The translations under genes were made by a program, and so were the position numbers. A DNA stretch of 64,000 nt. Origin: Macrostomum lignano. Its lineage: Eukaryota. How positions within the stretch are numbered: the stretch's first letter is position 1; each line of letters opens with the position of its first letter. The stretch lies in assembly GCA_002269645.1 (NCBI GenBank), contig NIVC01002041.1, positions 1 to 64,000 of the forward strand. The letters are read 5' to 3'. This document shows, piece after piece, positions 12,801 through 24,540 of the stretch. Under the pieces are notes generated by a model. That model was not told the origin of the DNA, did no database searches, and worked only from the letters and a program-made list of their open reading frames with translations.

Positions 12801-15800
12801 AGTATGGCACGATGCAAAAACACATTAATTTCTTCTTCACTTGTTTCCTTACTGCATATCAACACTTGTTCATACTGTGGCAGACATTGGTAGGCAAGAT
12901 AAAACAGCTCAAGCAGTACTAAGAGCTGTTCACTCGGCTCAAGGCTGACTGCGAAAATTTTATTTCCATAAAACTTACTCTTGAACTCGCCGGATATGGT
13001 TTTTCCAACTCTTCGATAATTCCCGATACTATTTAGGAATTGCGCAACTTTCTCAAAATTTGATAAATCGCTGGATGTTGTATTAAGGTACTCATTCCAG
13101 ATTTGCTTAAAAGCAGTGTCCACAGGCCCGTTGCTTTCATTCGTGTCTTTTTGCCGCGCAGGTGGATTACTTTTTGGAGCGGGCTGCTTTTTCTCTTTTT
13201 TGTCGGACTGTTTCGTTTCCTGTATTGCTCTTCTTACATCGTCCTCGGAACAATCAGGACACACGTAGCCGAGCAAATTCAGCACTGATTGGCTCACTGT
13301 GCCTGTCGCCCTGAACAGGTGGGCCAGTTCTCTTTGCAAAATTAGAATCTGTTTCAGACTGAAAAAGTTTAGATTGTAATGCAATCGCCGAGCCTGCGCC
13401 ACCTCCTCCTTCCATTCCTCGAGACAGTCGGAAAACGTGTGAGAAAAATCGGTTAATCCTCTAGTTACGTCAATATACCTATAGCTCAGGGTTCTCTTCT
13501 GGTTGCTGAGCCGCAGCTCAATAATTGCATTGGCATCGGCCCTAGTAAATAGGTTAAACCTCATAAACATGTGCTCGCACAGTATGCAGCACTGTTGCTT
13601 AAACTCGCCGTACACATCCACTAAGCGAAACATGCTTGTGGTTAGTCGAACAAAGCGATCGAGCAGAGCTTGGTTCTCATACGTCTGGCCAGCAATAAGC
13701 ATTAGCTTGGACTGTAAGTCCTTCACGTCTTCGAGTTTAAATACGGGTACCTGTTGTACTCCTGCATCAGTAGAATCAATTCTCAGTTGAAAATTTTCTT
13801 CGTTAGTAACATAGCAGCCGATCTCGATGGAGCCACATTGGAGAATCGTTTCAATTGACTTTAGAGTCGACTTCTCCACAGAGCCTTGGTTTTCTTTGAT
13901 TGTTTTTATCCAGTCAAGTCTCTGGCTGGTCTCTTTCAGGTCTTTGATCAAGCTAGGCTTAAGGTTTAACTTCTGAAAGATCTCTCGGCAGTCCTGCAGA
14001 AACTCATTGATACTCTTCTCGCGTCTAGCAGACCCGCCAAGGCCGTACACAATGTTTCCTAATTCAGCCACAACGGTGTAGAATGTTTCAATCTTTTTCT
14101 GCTCCAGATCACCAGAATCTCCCAGGTAAACCATGGCTAAGTCAAAAAAGGTTTTTGCCTCTTTTACAGAGGGGACGTTGCTTCTGAGCCACATGCAGAG
14201 TTCATAGCTGCATTCAATTGCGTCCATTAGTGGCAAGAACCGGCTCTCTTTCGAAGCTTTGTCGAGGTAATCGAATTGGCTCATTTCCGTTAGTTCCACG
14301 GTTCTGAGCGGTACAGCCACACTGGCCTCTCCAACTCTTACAGCTCTCTTTAAAGACTCTATATTGTGATTCAATTGAAACTTTTCCATCACCCGGATAA
14401 TAGCAGCAGCCACCTGCGAGTTGCGGGACATTTTCCTGGCAAACAGAAACCTCTGCAAGAAGTCACGCCACTCTTGTTCAGCCGGCTGAGGATTAAAGCA
14501 ATCGATCTCAGCTCTGATTTCACTTTCGTCATCGTTCTGAGCGATAATTCCAAAAAAATTTCTCGCCGTTTCCAAAGTGGCTTCGTCTGAGAGAAGGCTG
14601 AGCACCTTTTCGTCCCAGTGGTCAACAGCAGCTGCCAGACAGAGGACCAGACTACGGACGTCTAGCTTTTCTCCCATGTCAGTCCCATCTTCTTTTGCCT
14701 TCAACTTGATCTTCTCCTGAACTGAATAATCAAACGTCCTACTGCGCATTAAGTTATCGAACCGGTTCACTAGTGCGAGGATTGTCGGTTCAAAGCCAAC
14801 CAAAGGCTGGAAGTGTTTCAATTGAAGGTAATATTGTGGAAGATCCATGTCCACTAGTTCGTCAAATTTAGTTCCGTTTAAATTTTCCTTATCCAACAGG
14901 TGTCTGAAGTTGTCTAAGTTGACTAAAATGGTGAGGGAATTTTCGTTACAATCAGTTTATTATGGTACGAACGTATTAAACATTCAAGGTCAAGAGCCAT
15001 CGGCTACTCGCAAATCGTGAAAATCTCGCTAACGAAATGCATCTTGAACTTCACTTGCAAGATTATCAAGTATTGTGCACAAAATTAAATGTTTTAAATA
15101 TCCATTTAGAGAGCATAACTGCATTTTTAGCAGATGAACTCTCCAAATATTTTTTATATCTTTTCATTCACAAACTTGCGAGCTCTTTATTGGGGGATTC
15201 GGTAGTAAAAGTGAGATATTGGGAATTCAGCATACTAAAAATGGTTTCTACAATCTGCACGATTCACGAGTGTAGCACCCTTCTGATTGAGTTGGCCATG
15301 TCGAGAATGAACTCACCCAATCGCATATCAACTTTCTCGACAATCAAGTTCAGAAGATTTTCCATGACGCTGACAGTTGAATCAAAGCGCCTCTTTCTCT
15401 CCTCCACTTGAGGAAGAAGTTTCTTAATATTAATTTTTTTATCAAACACGTTGCCGAGGAACTCTAGGCCGGTTTGTTGCCGGGACAGGAGTTCAACTTC
15501 TCCGTAGCGTACGAACCCGGGACCGGCAGCGATTCGCTCCACTAAATTGGAGCCAGTAGAGGAACAGGTCTTCATAATTGCCAGCGCCTCCTCTGAGAGC
15601 TTCTGAAACTGCTTGCTACCGCGTTCTGAAATTTTTAGGTCAGATTATAGTTCCTGCGATAGCTGGAGAGATGATAGAGCTTTGAGGACAACTCCCGATA
15701 CACGTACAGTTCTATCTTCTCTCACCCAACTCGAACGTATATTTGTGCCCAGCGTACGCAGCAGACAGCCTTTAAAAAGGGTCACTCTAGCTAGTACTGT

Positions 15801-18800
15801 TTAAAAAATCAGTAATACGCTAAAAATTTTACTATGTTGTTTCAAAAGCATCATAAGCACAGCGGTTCTTACTCATATCAGCGATAACCATGGCTGCAAG
15901 GGGCCATTCCAGCACCAAAGTGAGGTTGGGATCGGCCTTGTGCGTCCCTTGAAACCTGCCGATTCTGTTTGACCTCAGGCTGATGACAGCATTGGACAAT
16001 GCTTGACAAGCGATCGAAAAGTGCGGATGATCTTCTCTGAATATTCTTCGCAACCCCTTCCAAGTTGTCGACTGAAGTTTAATCATGCAGTGCTCGAATT
16101 AGATACAAATATTCCATATCTTGAGTCGTACTTAAAGACAAAAAGTACACCTACCAGTTGTTCAAAAAAGTATCTTCCCTGTTCCATGGACTCCAGCCTG
16201 CTGAACAGAAGTTCGATCGCTGATTTGGTTACATTGGCACTCAGTGTTGAGAAAATTTCGACGCTCCTCTCACTAAAAAGCTCAAGAAGAGCCTCCTGAA
16301 AATTCGTTTTATCAACTGAAAACTTTTCTTGTGAGAATAAAGACCCCGAAGCATAAAGAAAAGTAATAGGTTTGTATAAAATACCGTATATATTTGATCC
16401 AACAGCAATTGTAGGCCTGAACTTAAAATAGACAGAATGCCTTTATGAAGCTTTACGTCTTGGTAGTCTAACGGTAAAATGAGAAGAGCGTTGAATTGCT
16501 GTAAAGGAAAAATTAACGCTTGCATTTTAGGTTCAGGTTTAGGTTTAGGTTCAAGTTTAGGCTCTTATAGCATAGCAACATGTTTCACCTCTAACAGCAT
16601 TGTAACTGTAACTGCGTTGCGCTTCAAAAGTTCGCAATGATAATCCACCAGAGCCTGCAGAAGCTTTTCAAGTTCATCTTTAGCGCGCTGCTTTTCATTT
16701 TCAGACAGCATCTCGCGACCTTTCTGTCCATCACGCTGGCTGGCTGTCAAGTAGCGCATTAAAACAAAGCGAACAGATTTGAAACTCAAACCAACGGCCA
16801 GCGCCTCCATTCTTACTGAGCGAAGCGGCATCCTTAAAACGGCATTAGCGAGCTCGAAGCCGATGAAAAGGTAAGCTCTAGGTGACGTCACCAGTAGAGT
16901 ATTACCCGAAAGTTCATCAAGGATGGCCTACAAATTTTAAGTAGCTATGCTTGATATTTGTGTTTCAGTCCGGGTTTATATTCATTCGCTCTCTTCTCAT
17001 ACTCACAATAATTTGTTCGAGATGGCCGGCTTGGTGCATCGGAATTTTGCTCTGCAAAATACAGGCAGCAACGGCCAGCTTCACCTCCAGGGAGAGGTGC
17101 CGCAGCTTCAGCAGTTCCGGCAGAGCATCGTCTCTCGTGAGTGCGGCGCAAAGTCGGCCCAGCAGAGGATCGACCCGACCGTACTTGGACAGAAATGAGT
17201 CCAGCCAAACCAAGTTGTACCTAGCGAGTATTAATGGGTAGAATGGAATAAATATTCATATCCATCAGACGGGATCAGATAGTAATACCATTACCATTTA
17301 TGGTAATACATCGCATAGGTCCCTGTAGGAACTTGTTAGAATATAATATAGAATAGTACTTTACACACCATAAAGGCCGTTTAATTAATCATAGTCTATG
17401 GTTAAAAGTCTATGGCTTCCTTCCAGTCATAAAATAATCATGGAAGACGTTTTATAGAGCTTATGACTGCTAAGAATGTCCCCATCGTGACCATAGATTT
17501 GCATTTGACCATAGAACGGCCTCGTGTCTTGAAACACGGAGGTAGAATCTCATTCAAGATCATACCTAAGTTGGAGCCCAGCTAAGACAAGACTACATGT
17601 ACTGTTTCTTTTAAAACACCTCATTCTTAATGGTCACATGCGACTCTTAAATTCCTCCAAAAAAGCTCATTTCCAGCTATTTTCTGGATATTTTCGATAG
17701 ATCTGCAATCCAAACTAAAGTGTTTTTACACCTTCAATTTCATTACTTGCTATCTGGAGGTCTCAAAGTGAGCAATTCCACAAAGGCAAGGCAGTACTCA
17801 ATACCGCACATACTCATAATTGTACTCATATGCAGAAAAATAAACAAAGCTTACCTGAGTCTTTTAATTTGGTGGCAAAAGTTATCGGTCAACCGATGCA
17901 GGCCCCACCAATTTCGGTCAGTAATGCTGGGTATTTGACTATACACTTCGTCGATGCCATCAGAACCCCAGGGTTTTACATTCAACAGTAGAATATGATA
18001 GGCCGGAGCCACATACAAGTACTCAAGCAGATTTACATCGCCTTCTCCAACAATTTTCAGCGCCTCTTCGAAATCAGCAATCGTTTCTCTGAAATATGAT
18101 TTCCATAAATCTGCGACACTTAAAAAGCTCAACTGCTTTCACTATGTATAATGACGGTCAAAATTATGAAAAAAAACTGAAATAAAATCAAATCAGAACT
18201 TTATTGTGGCTCAAAAACACGAAAAACCTTGCCGACTGGCTCACGGTCTGGCTCACCGTAACCCCCACCCCTCGCTAGCAAAGTACATTGAGCGAGATTG
18301 AGAGACACCAAAACAACTTAACCTAGCCTCCGCCCCGCCCCCGGCGCGCACGCAGGCCAATTTACCACAAAACTGTTACATAGTCGTTGTCTCACAATCC
18401 ATTGTGTTAAGTTGCTTCAGAAGTCGTATTCTACCATGGGGTAGTAAAGCCGATTCTACAAAAAGTGTTGACTCTTCAGCACTTCTGTACTACATGTAGC
18501 GGTTGCCCCATCGGGCCCAGAGGTGGAAACGGTGACCTTTCAAAGTTTAACCGTCCAAGAGACGGTTTAAGTTTACAAATGCTCATCGTCTATGGCTAAG
18601 GTGCATGCATGAGGAGGGCGTAGCCTAGTGGTCTACCGGTAGTGCGGCGTATGATGTTCCAGCGGCCCAGGCGATAAAGTGCAGTCACATTAATTTGAGG
18701 CTACATTGGAATCTTGGCTTGGCTCTGCTCGTGCAATTAATGGCCTTGAGAGCAAACTCCCAAGGCGCAGTGTACATGCCTAACGATAAATAAAGTTATG

Positions 18801-20936
18801 ACCGCTGTACACTCCTGTGTGAGTGTGTGCCTGTTGCGTATGACTGCGTACGTATCCACGCGCTTGTGTGCCTGCTCAGGGGAGTCGGCGGAATGGGCAG
18901 TAACGCCTTTCACTGATTGTGACAATATCACTTAAGTGCGTTAAGGGTTCACACATCCCCCTGCGTCTTACAAGCTCACACCATTGTAGACACTAGCATT
19001 ATGTGAAAGTTGTGACTATTTCCGACAACGATAAGGATGTTTAGTGCATAGGAAATAGAGCACTAGTCAAACTGGCATTTCTACCTTGCGATTTCTGTTT
19101 GACGTTTCCAGTCAATCGGAGGCAAGATCAGTTTCAGCAGAATCTTCAAATTGTTTTGTTGAATTCCTGACGCCAGATTTGCAGATCCAGTTATAGCTCC
19201 GTTAAAGACTAGAAAAATAAACAAGTCGATGTTTCGCAACCATTTTTCCCAGCTCCGGTTTTCGTCCGTTGAGAATCCGAAATCGTCCGGTGATTCGCAC
19301 AGTCCCGATAGCAGCCTCTCCATTTCCTAAATTAAAAATCATTAAGTCATGTATTCAACCCAAAAGAGATTTAAAAGTTAGCGTATGATGTTTTCGTTAA
19401 ACTCACCTCTTGCTTCATTCGTTCTTGTTGAAAATCTTTGCGACGAAGTTTTGGGTCGTTAAGCCGCGCTTGAGCAGCCTTTAGAACAGTTTTCGGTGGC
19501 AGTCTCTTTAGCTCATCGAGCGCACTGTCCACGAGAAGGCGAAGCTGCAGTTTGTATTCATCGTCCATACTTCTGGATGGGGTCTTCGACGGGGTTGGCG
19601 AGGTCACCAGAGCATCAAGCTGCAGCAGGTGCTGCTGTGTTCCATCATGTTTCATCAGCCGGATGCCGGCCTCCTCTTGACAAGTTGACGTCGAGCTTTT
19701 TTCAACCGCGTACCTGTACTCCAAACCGTCCTTCAGCAGTTTCTTGGGTAGCAAAAATGACGAGCGCCAGTAGCTTAGCCCAGTATTTTGATGGTTCTGG
19801 TCGATGAGGCACTCTTGCTTGAAAACGAACGGACTCTTTGCCGGGTTGTCATTTCCAAGTTCGTGCTTTTTGAATACTATCAATACTCTGTCAGTTCCGG
19901 GATCGAATTCAAAGGATCCATTATCCAGATAGCAGTTGAGAATAACCTCTAGTAGCGGCTCATTGGGATACTCTTTCTTAACGAGCTTCAAATAATCAGT
20001 CGGCCTGGGGTTTTTCTCTGGAACTTCATCTGGCTTTACTTCGTCAGTGTCTATCGCTTTGGTGCCCCGGTTGACCGGTCCCGAATCCTTGACACTCGGC
20101 AGCAGACTGGAGTGATTATTGACTTCTTCGCTAGCTGGATCATAAAAATTTGATGCTTTTTTACTACTATCAGCAGTAGGTATACCCGTCGCCTCCTTGG
20201 TTTTCTCAGCTGGTTGCGGTAGTGGTGCCCGCTTCTTCTTCCGATTAGACTTACGTTGATTAGCTGGCTGATTAGTCGTCAAGTCCTGGGAAATTCTTGG
20301 TTGGATTTCGATTTCAAACTTGGTCGGCTGGCCGGGTTCAGGAGCGTAAGGCAGCGATTTCTCCTGGGTGGAATTATCGATTCTGTCTGGCGGCGGCTTT
20401 TTTGTTAGGCTCGGGTTGACCAGTGAGAATGACAAATTTGACACATCTATCGGCAAGTCTGCACCGGTCTGTGCCGTCGCTGGGGCTCCCTGTTGCGCTT
20501 CCGGTTTTGATTCAGTCTGTCCAACTTCTGTAGTCACGGTCGATTGAGGCGCACTAATATTTGTGGGTGTAGCATCTCTTGACTGAGTTCCAGTTGGGGC
20601 CGCCGCGGAGATTACTGAACTTGACTCACCCCCGATTTGGCAGCTGCAAGCAATTTCGAAAGTTCTTTGCTTTCCACATTCTGAGCAAAACTTGCTACCA
20701 AGGCTTTTCGCTGGTGTCTTGCAATTTTTGCATGTCTTTTGACACTTTTCGTTGGAATGATCGCACATTGCAGCATCACCGCAGATGCCGCACGAGTAGT
20801 CAAATGGGTCTTCAGTTGAACATGCAGTGCATCTCGGATCACCTAGCGCGATTAACTCCTGGCAGCCGGCACTCAGGCACTTTTTGCGCAGCTTCTTGAA
20901 CGGGTGTTCGCATCCGCCTCCGCTGTTGAAGCTCAT
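890..20936 (-). CDS. RNF213: RNF213/mysterin-like giant AAA+ ATPase / E3 ubiquitin ligase, multi-exon, about 5,000 aa, with 4 apparent 1-nt frameshifts
   Basis: Hand-spliced exons (minus strand): 20936-19407, 19326-19085, 18118-17855, 17220-17007, 16927-16589, 16498-16385, 16295-16155, 16071-15873, 15796-~15710, ~15605-15317, 14922-8063, 7978-7831, 7754-7100, 6974-~6712, ~6589-6484, 6402-5637, 5531-5022, ~4095-3693, 3613-3579, 3194-2359, 2263-1987, 1831-1589, 1491-890. Splice phases are compatible except the uncertain 15710/15605 junction. Recalled RNF213 hallmarks: DPDPSYELTMDNVKKMLAIYMRF, GETGCGKT..FFDEVN, GKPGSSKS..LDEVGLAEDSPKMPLKALHPLLE, ISNWALDPAKMNRG, RING remnants, RZ finger, C-terminal ISYDPDADLLPVLLANCEY. 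Confidence 0.93.
3150..3613 (-). other. RNF213 RZ finger split between a 35-bp microexon (3613-3579) and the next exon (from 3194)
   Basis: Spliced product ACPNGHPYYIAN|CGQAMQLSRCPDC. Canonical tttcag/gtaagt and ctaccag boundaries with matching phases. Confidence 0.9.
4103..4965. repeat. 45/46-bp minisatellite in RNF213 intron with a 183-bp higher-order repeat
   Basis: Unit ctgtgtacactgtgtgctgtggggtggctgctcctcactcagtgcc; the gcgcac variant recurs at ~4368 and ~4551. Confidence 0.95.
6036..6392 (-). other. RNF213 RING-like domain with a 91-residue insertion before the last CxxC
   Basis: CYRC..LPCQEHLCRDC, then 91 aa, then CPSC, followed by the RNF213-type post-RING helix RQFKSRCKTFLLEAIMKLCF. 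Confidence 0.7.
8063..14922 (-). CDS. RNF213: RNF213 6.9-kb single exon: stalk plus AAA+ core (ORFs 11417-14896 and 8031-11420 joined across a -1 frameshift at ~11420)
   Basis: Acceptor ttttag|TC at 14922 and donor G|gtacgc at 8063. Walker A-like motifs SDRSGMGKS (~12490), GETGCGKT (~11290) and GKPGSSKS (~10270); Walker B FFDE and ILDE. Confidence 0.9.
18612..18942 (+). mobile_element. tRNA-derived SINE, family B, copy 1 (inside an RNF213 intron, antisense to the gene)
   Basis: Head gggcgtagcctagtgg (A box). Body and tail are collinear with the reverse complement of 62470-62803. Confidence 0.8.
19580..19960 (-). other. RNF213 CBM20-like N-arm domain
   Basis: LEVILNCYL..FEFDPGTDRVLIVF..ELG..LPKKLLKDGLEYRYAV parallels the recalled human RNF213 CBM20 segment (FPFNPDLHKVFI..ISKKHLDKYIPYKYVI). 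Confidence 0.6.
20630..20915 (-). other. RNF213 N-terminal Cys-rich / tandem zinc-ribbon region
   Basis: CEHP..CLSAGC..CTAC..CGIC..CDHS..C..CKNC..SKFCSECG. The last part resembles the CxxC..KFCSxCG ribbon at the start of vertebrate RNF213. Confidence 0.7.
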
Positions 20937-21069
20937 TTCCTGTCTGCAATCAAGTTCGAGAGGTCGGTGATGACAGCGGTTGGCTTGGTGCACTAGATAA
21001 ATATTTTAAGTAACTCTTACTGCAAGTAGTAAAGCAGCGCTTCTTTGTAATAAAAATAAAAAATCCTAG

Positions 21070-21344
21070 CTAAGTTGATTACACCTGCCCTAATAGAAAC
21101 GACAGCTCAGCCGCAGCTATTGCGCGGCGCATATGAAGGCTGCATACGGCTGTTCAGTCCATCGCCACACACGCCCTCAATAACCCCCCAGCTAATGCTG
21201 GCACCCATTTTACAGCTGGGTGAACTGAAGCAATGCAGAGTTAAGTGTCTTGCTCAAGGACACATTGTTTCGAGTAGGTTGAGAATCGAACCCCCGACCT
21301 TCCAGTTGTAAGTCCGACAGCCTAACCACTGGGCTACAACCCCC
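21070..21344 (-). mobile_element. tRNA-derived CORE-like SINE, family A, copy 1
   Basis: Minus strand: ggggttgtagcccagtggtt (A box), ggttcgattc (B box), then ttgagcaagacacttaactctgcattgcttcagttcacccagctgtaaaatggg. Collinear with 35691-36005. Confidence 0.85.
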
Positions 21345-22859
21345 GTTGAACTTTTTGAAACAATCACCTTCATATGTTGCGGACACGTGCCGCCTCAAGG
21401 GACACAGTTACATGCAAATATCACCTGCAAAGTCTAAGTTCGAGTTCAACCAAGAGAATCTCTAGCAACCCGGAATTATAAAAAATAAAAAAATTTGTCT
21501 AAATTACCTCACAGCTAAATTTTCTTGCTCCAGTGCGCATAATAGCTGCTATTTAAGCTCAGACCTGCGCTGAGCACAGTTCGTACACAATTAAAATGGC
21601 GAGAGTTTAAGCTTCAAGCTAAAAGGCAAGAAATGAGCAGTGCTAACAAATTCCATTCTTCTGCTGAGAGCTGGAATTTTCCGTTGTGTTTTATAGTTTA
21701 GATATAAGTGCGCCTGCATCGCGCCACATCCCTGCAGCTCGATGATAAAGCATTTTAACCTTTTCGCGCCGGAGCTAGAAATACAAAAGCTCCGTTCCTG
21801 CCGACATGATCAGCAGGGCTGACCATAGACTATAGCTAGAATCTTAATGCGCCGCTATACAAAGCCTTTCTAGCCGAGAAGGGAGCATTTTATACTTGGC
21901 TTGAACAAATCTTGGGTCGAAAAAAGCAGTTTCAAAGTTCATTTCACTTAATGGTAGATTTATCTCTAGGTTTCGAGTGCTAACGCATAGGGTTCAGAAT
22001 GCTAACGCATTCTAACGCGCACTCGTGGCAAGACTATTTACGCACGAAGGAACCTAGTGATTGATTCATTGATTTATGAGCAAAGCATTCTTCTGGTTTT
22101 AGCCATAGACATAGATAGATAACGCGACTGTGCAGTAAATCCCAAGCCGTGCAGTAAATAGTATGTAGTGTAAATGTTGATAAATTGAAAGTGAATTTTT
22201 TGCGGATTGTAAGTGAATTTTAAGTGAATTGTAAATAGATTGTCAGTGAATTTTAAGTGGATTGTAAATGGATCGTAAGCAAAATTTATAATTAGTCGCC
22301 AATGCAGAACTTACATGCTCTGTTTCGAGCGTTTTTTGATGCCTTTTGAATAAAGTTGATGCCCGTTTTTATGGCTTCTTCAAGCTTGGAAAAGCAATTG
22401 AAAGGTAAATATGAAGCTTTTTAACCCTGCATGAGAGCCCCCAATAGGTACCAAATGCGTGGTTTCTATGTATTGCGCGAATGGATGTACATACGGCATA
22501 CATCCGACAATAAATGTACTTAAGCTTCGTTTTCCAATGTACATTCATGCTCGTTAAACAGGGCCAGTCTTCAAGAAGAATGCTGTGAACAGCATTTTCA
22601 AGAACAAATTTAAGAGCGCAGCTTGATTTGTGCCTCATCACTGTAATGTAATGTACCCGCGGAGGGGGGGGGTGGCGCGCAAAGCCACGACGTGAAGGCA
22701 TGCGGCTAAAGCGACTACCTTTCTTTAGGCGAGAGCCAAATTACTAACTCCAGTGGCAATTAACTATACGTGAATTTAGGCCCAACCTAGGTGCAAAACC
22801 GTAGCTAGAGGATTCGAGTATAGCTTATTAAGAAATTGCTAAAGTCTCCAATCTCAACG

Positions 22860-24540
22860 TAAAACATCACGTTTCTGTTTTATGATCCAGGTGAGTGTAT
22901 CCTCTGACCTTAACAGCTTATGCGGCCAGTATCAGGCTCCGGAATCTGGCTCCCTGTATCTTAGCCGGGGAGCTTCTCAGTTGCTAGTGGACGGGCCAGT
23001 AAGGGCTTAAGCCAACCCCAGGTCGCTATTCTGTTGGCTGGCTGTTAGGTTTGGAGTTGTGGCCTAGCAGCCTCTCACCTTAGTCCCCATTTGCCTTTCA
23101 GCGACTCATGGAGTATTCTATTGCCTCCAACGCGTCCCTTAATGCTGCTGGAATGCCAACCGAGGTTGGTACCGCGGCTCATCGGACGATTGTTGCACTG
23201 GAACTTCGGTGCCCTTCACTTTGACAACCCTGCCGCCACTTAGAAATAACACCAAGCGCCTGAAAAAACAGAGCGGGTCCAACATCTCTAAGTAGAATCG
23301 TTGGGTGCCAACAAAGCTTCTGGTGCGGCTAGCTCCTCCCGCGGCGGGACTGTGGGACCTCTGCTCGTGAACAAACTCCCACGACTGTAGAGGAATCCAA
23401 AGCAGGGCGTACTGGCCAATCCACAAAGTCGAAGCGCACCTATACGGCTATGGCCAGAGGCAACCGGCCCGAATTATTCAAGGCCAGAAGACGCAAAACA
23501 GTCCGACCAAGGTTGGGCTCCCACCTCGTCAAGCGGCACCGTGCTCCAAGTCGTGAAGATGAGCATCAAAGAGCAAGCTTGGCAGCGGCTCCTCGAGATG
23601 CAGCTGAAAGCCTTCGACTGAGAGAGGACGAGCGACGCCGGCCACACCGACAGGGTCCCTCGGGCTCCATCACCAACGCCGACGTACTGCGTTAGTAATC
23701 AATCCCGACCTGTCGTCAAATCTTTTTGTCAGAGGGGAGGCAATGAAGACCACCCGCCGTCTGCTTGACGCGGGTGTCCCCACCCAGAAGCAGTTTGTTT
23801 TCAGAAAGCAGAACCTCCAGCCTGCGAGACCTGGAAGCAGCGGGAGGCCTGCTGACCCTCTCGGATGGAATCCCGTCCACGCTCTGCCCTCCGCTCAAAT
23901 TCAAAACCAGCATTCCACCATGTCACGAAGGAAGGGACAACTAGAAAACCCCGTGAAATCCACTGCTTCACTGACGAGTCCCAAATCAATTCCGCTTCTG
24001 GCTACGGCTACTGCATCGTGTCTGGAAGGGGAACCGAGGTAAACTTCTCCCTGCTTCACCGTTTTCCAAACGAAGTTCTCGCCAACAGCTGCTGCGCCAT
24101 GGATCTGTACAATCAGCGTGCTGGGGGGAAGATTACCCTCCACTCGGACAGTCAAACGGTGATCCACGCCGTTAAGCGCACCACCACCTGCTCGCGTACA
24201 ATCATCGAGGCGCCTTCAACAAGGTGTCTCTAAGATTGATCCCCGGGCGCTCGGGCCACCCCGGCAACGAGTTGGCCGATCGCCTGCCAAGGCTGGCTCG
24301 ACCGGGTCCTTTATTGGTCCCTTGTCTGTGGCCTCACCCCCATCGCCCTTGTCACCACTCGGATCAACCAGTGGGAGGCATCTAAGCACGGGAAGAGGTG
24401 GGCCCCGACTGCCGGCAAACCCGCGCGGCTGTCCCCTGTCCTTTTCCCTCCACGCGCTTGTGTGCCTGCTCAGGGGAGTCGGCGGAATGGGCAGTAATGC
24501 CTCGCGCCAGTTGTGTGACAATGTCGCCTAAAGTGCGCCA
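22860..24540 (+). mobile_element. Decayed non-LTR retrotransposon (LINE) 3' portion with RNase H remnant
   Basis: Broken frames give SITNADVLR (post-RT motif), then IHCFTDESQINSASGYGYCI, ITLHSDSQTVIHAV and GHPGNELADRL (RNase HI catalytic motifs). Many stops and frameshifts; the 5' boundary is approximate. Confidence 0.7.

Noticed and set aside
16526-16562. Short tttagg/ttcagg run resembling a telomeric repeat
   Set aside because: Only about five imperfect units inside a 90-bp intron, and not TTAGGG.
17385-17520. Repeated ccatagac/gtctatgg motifs (also near 21820, 22100, 25050 and 25420), possibly MITE ends
   Set aside because: I could not define paired terminal inverted repeats or a target-site duplication.
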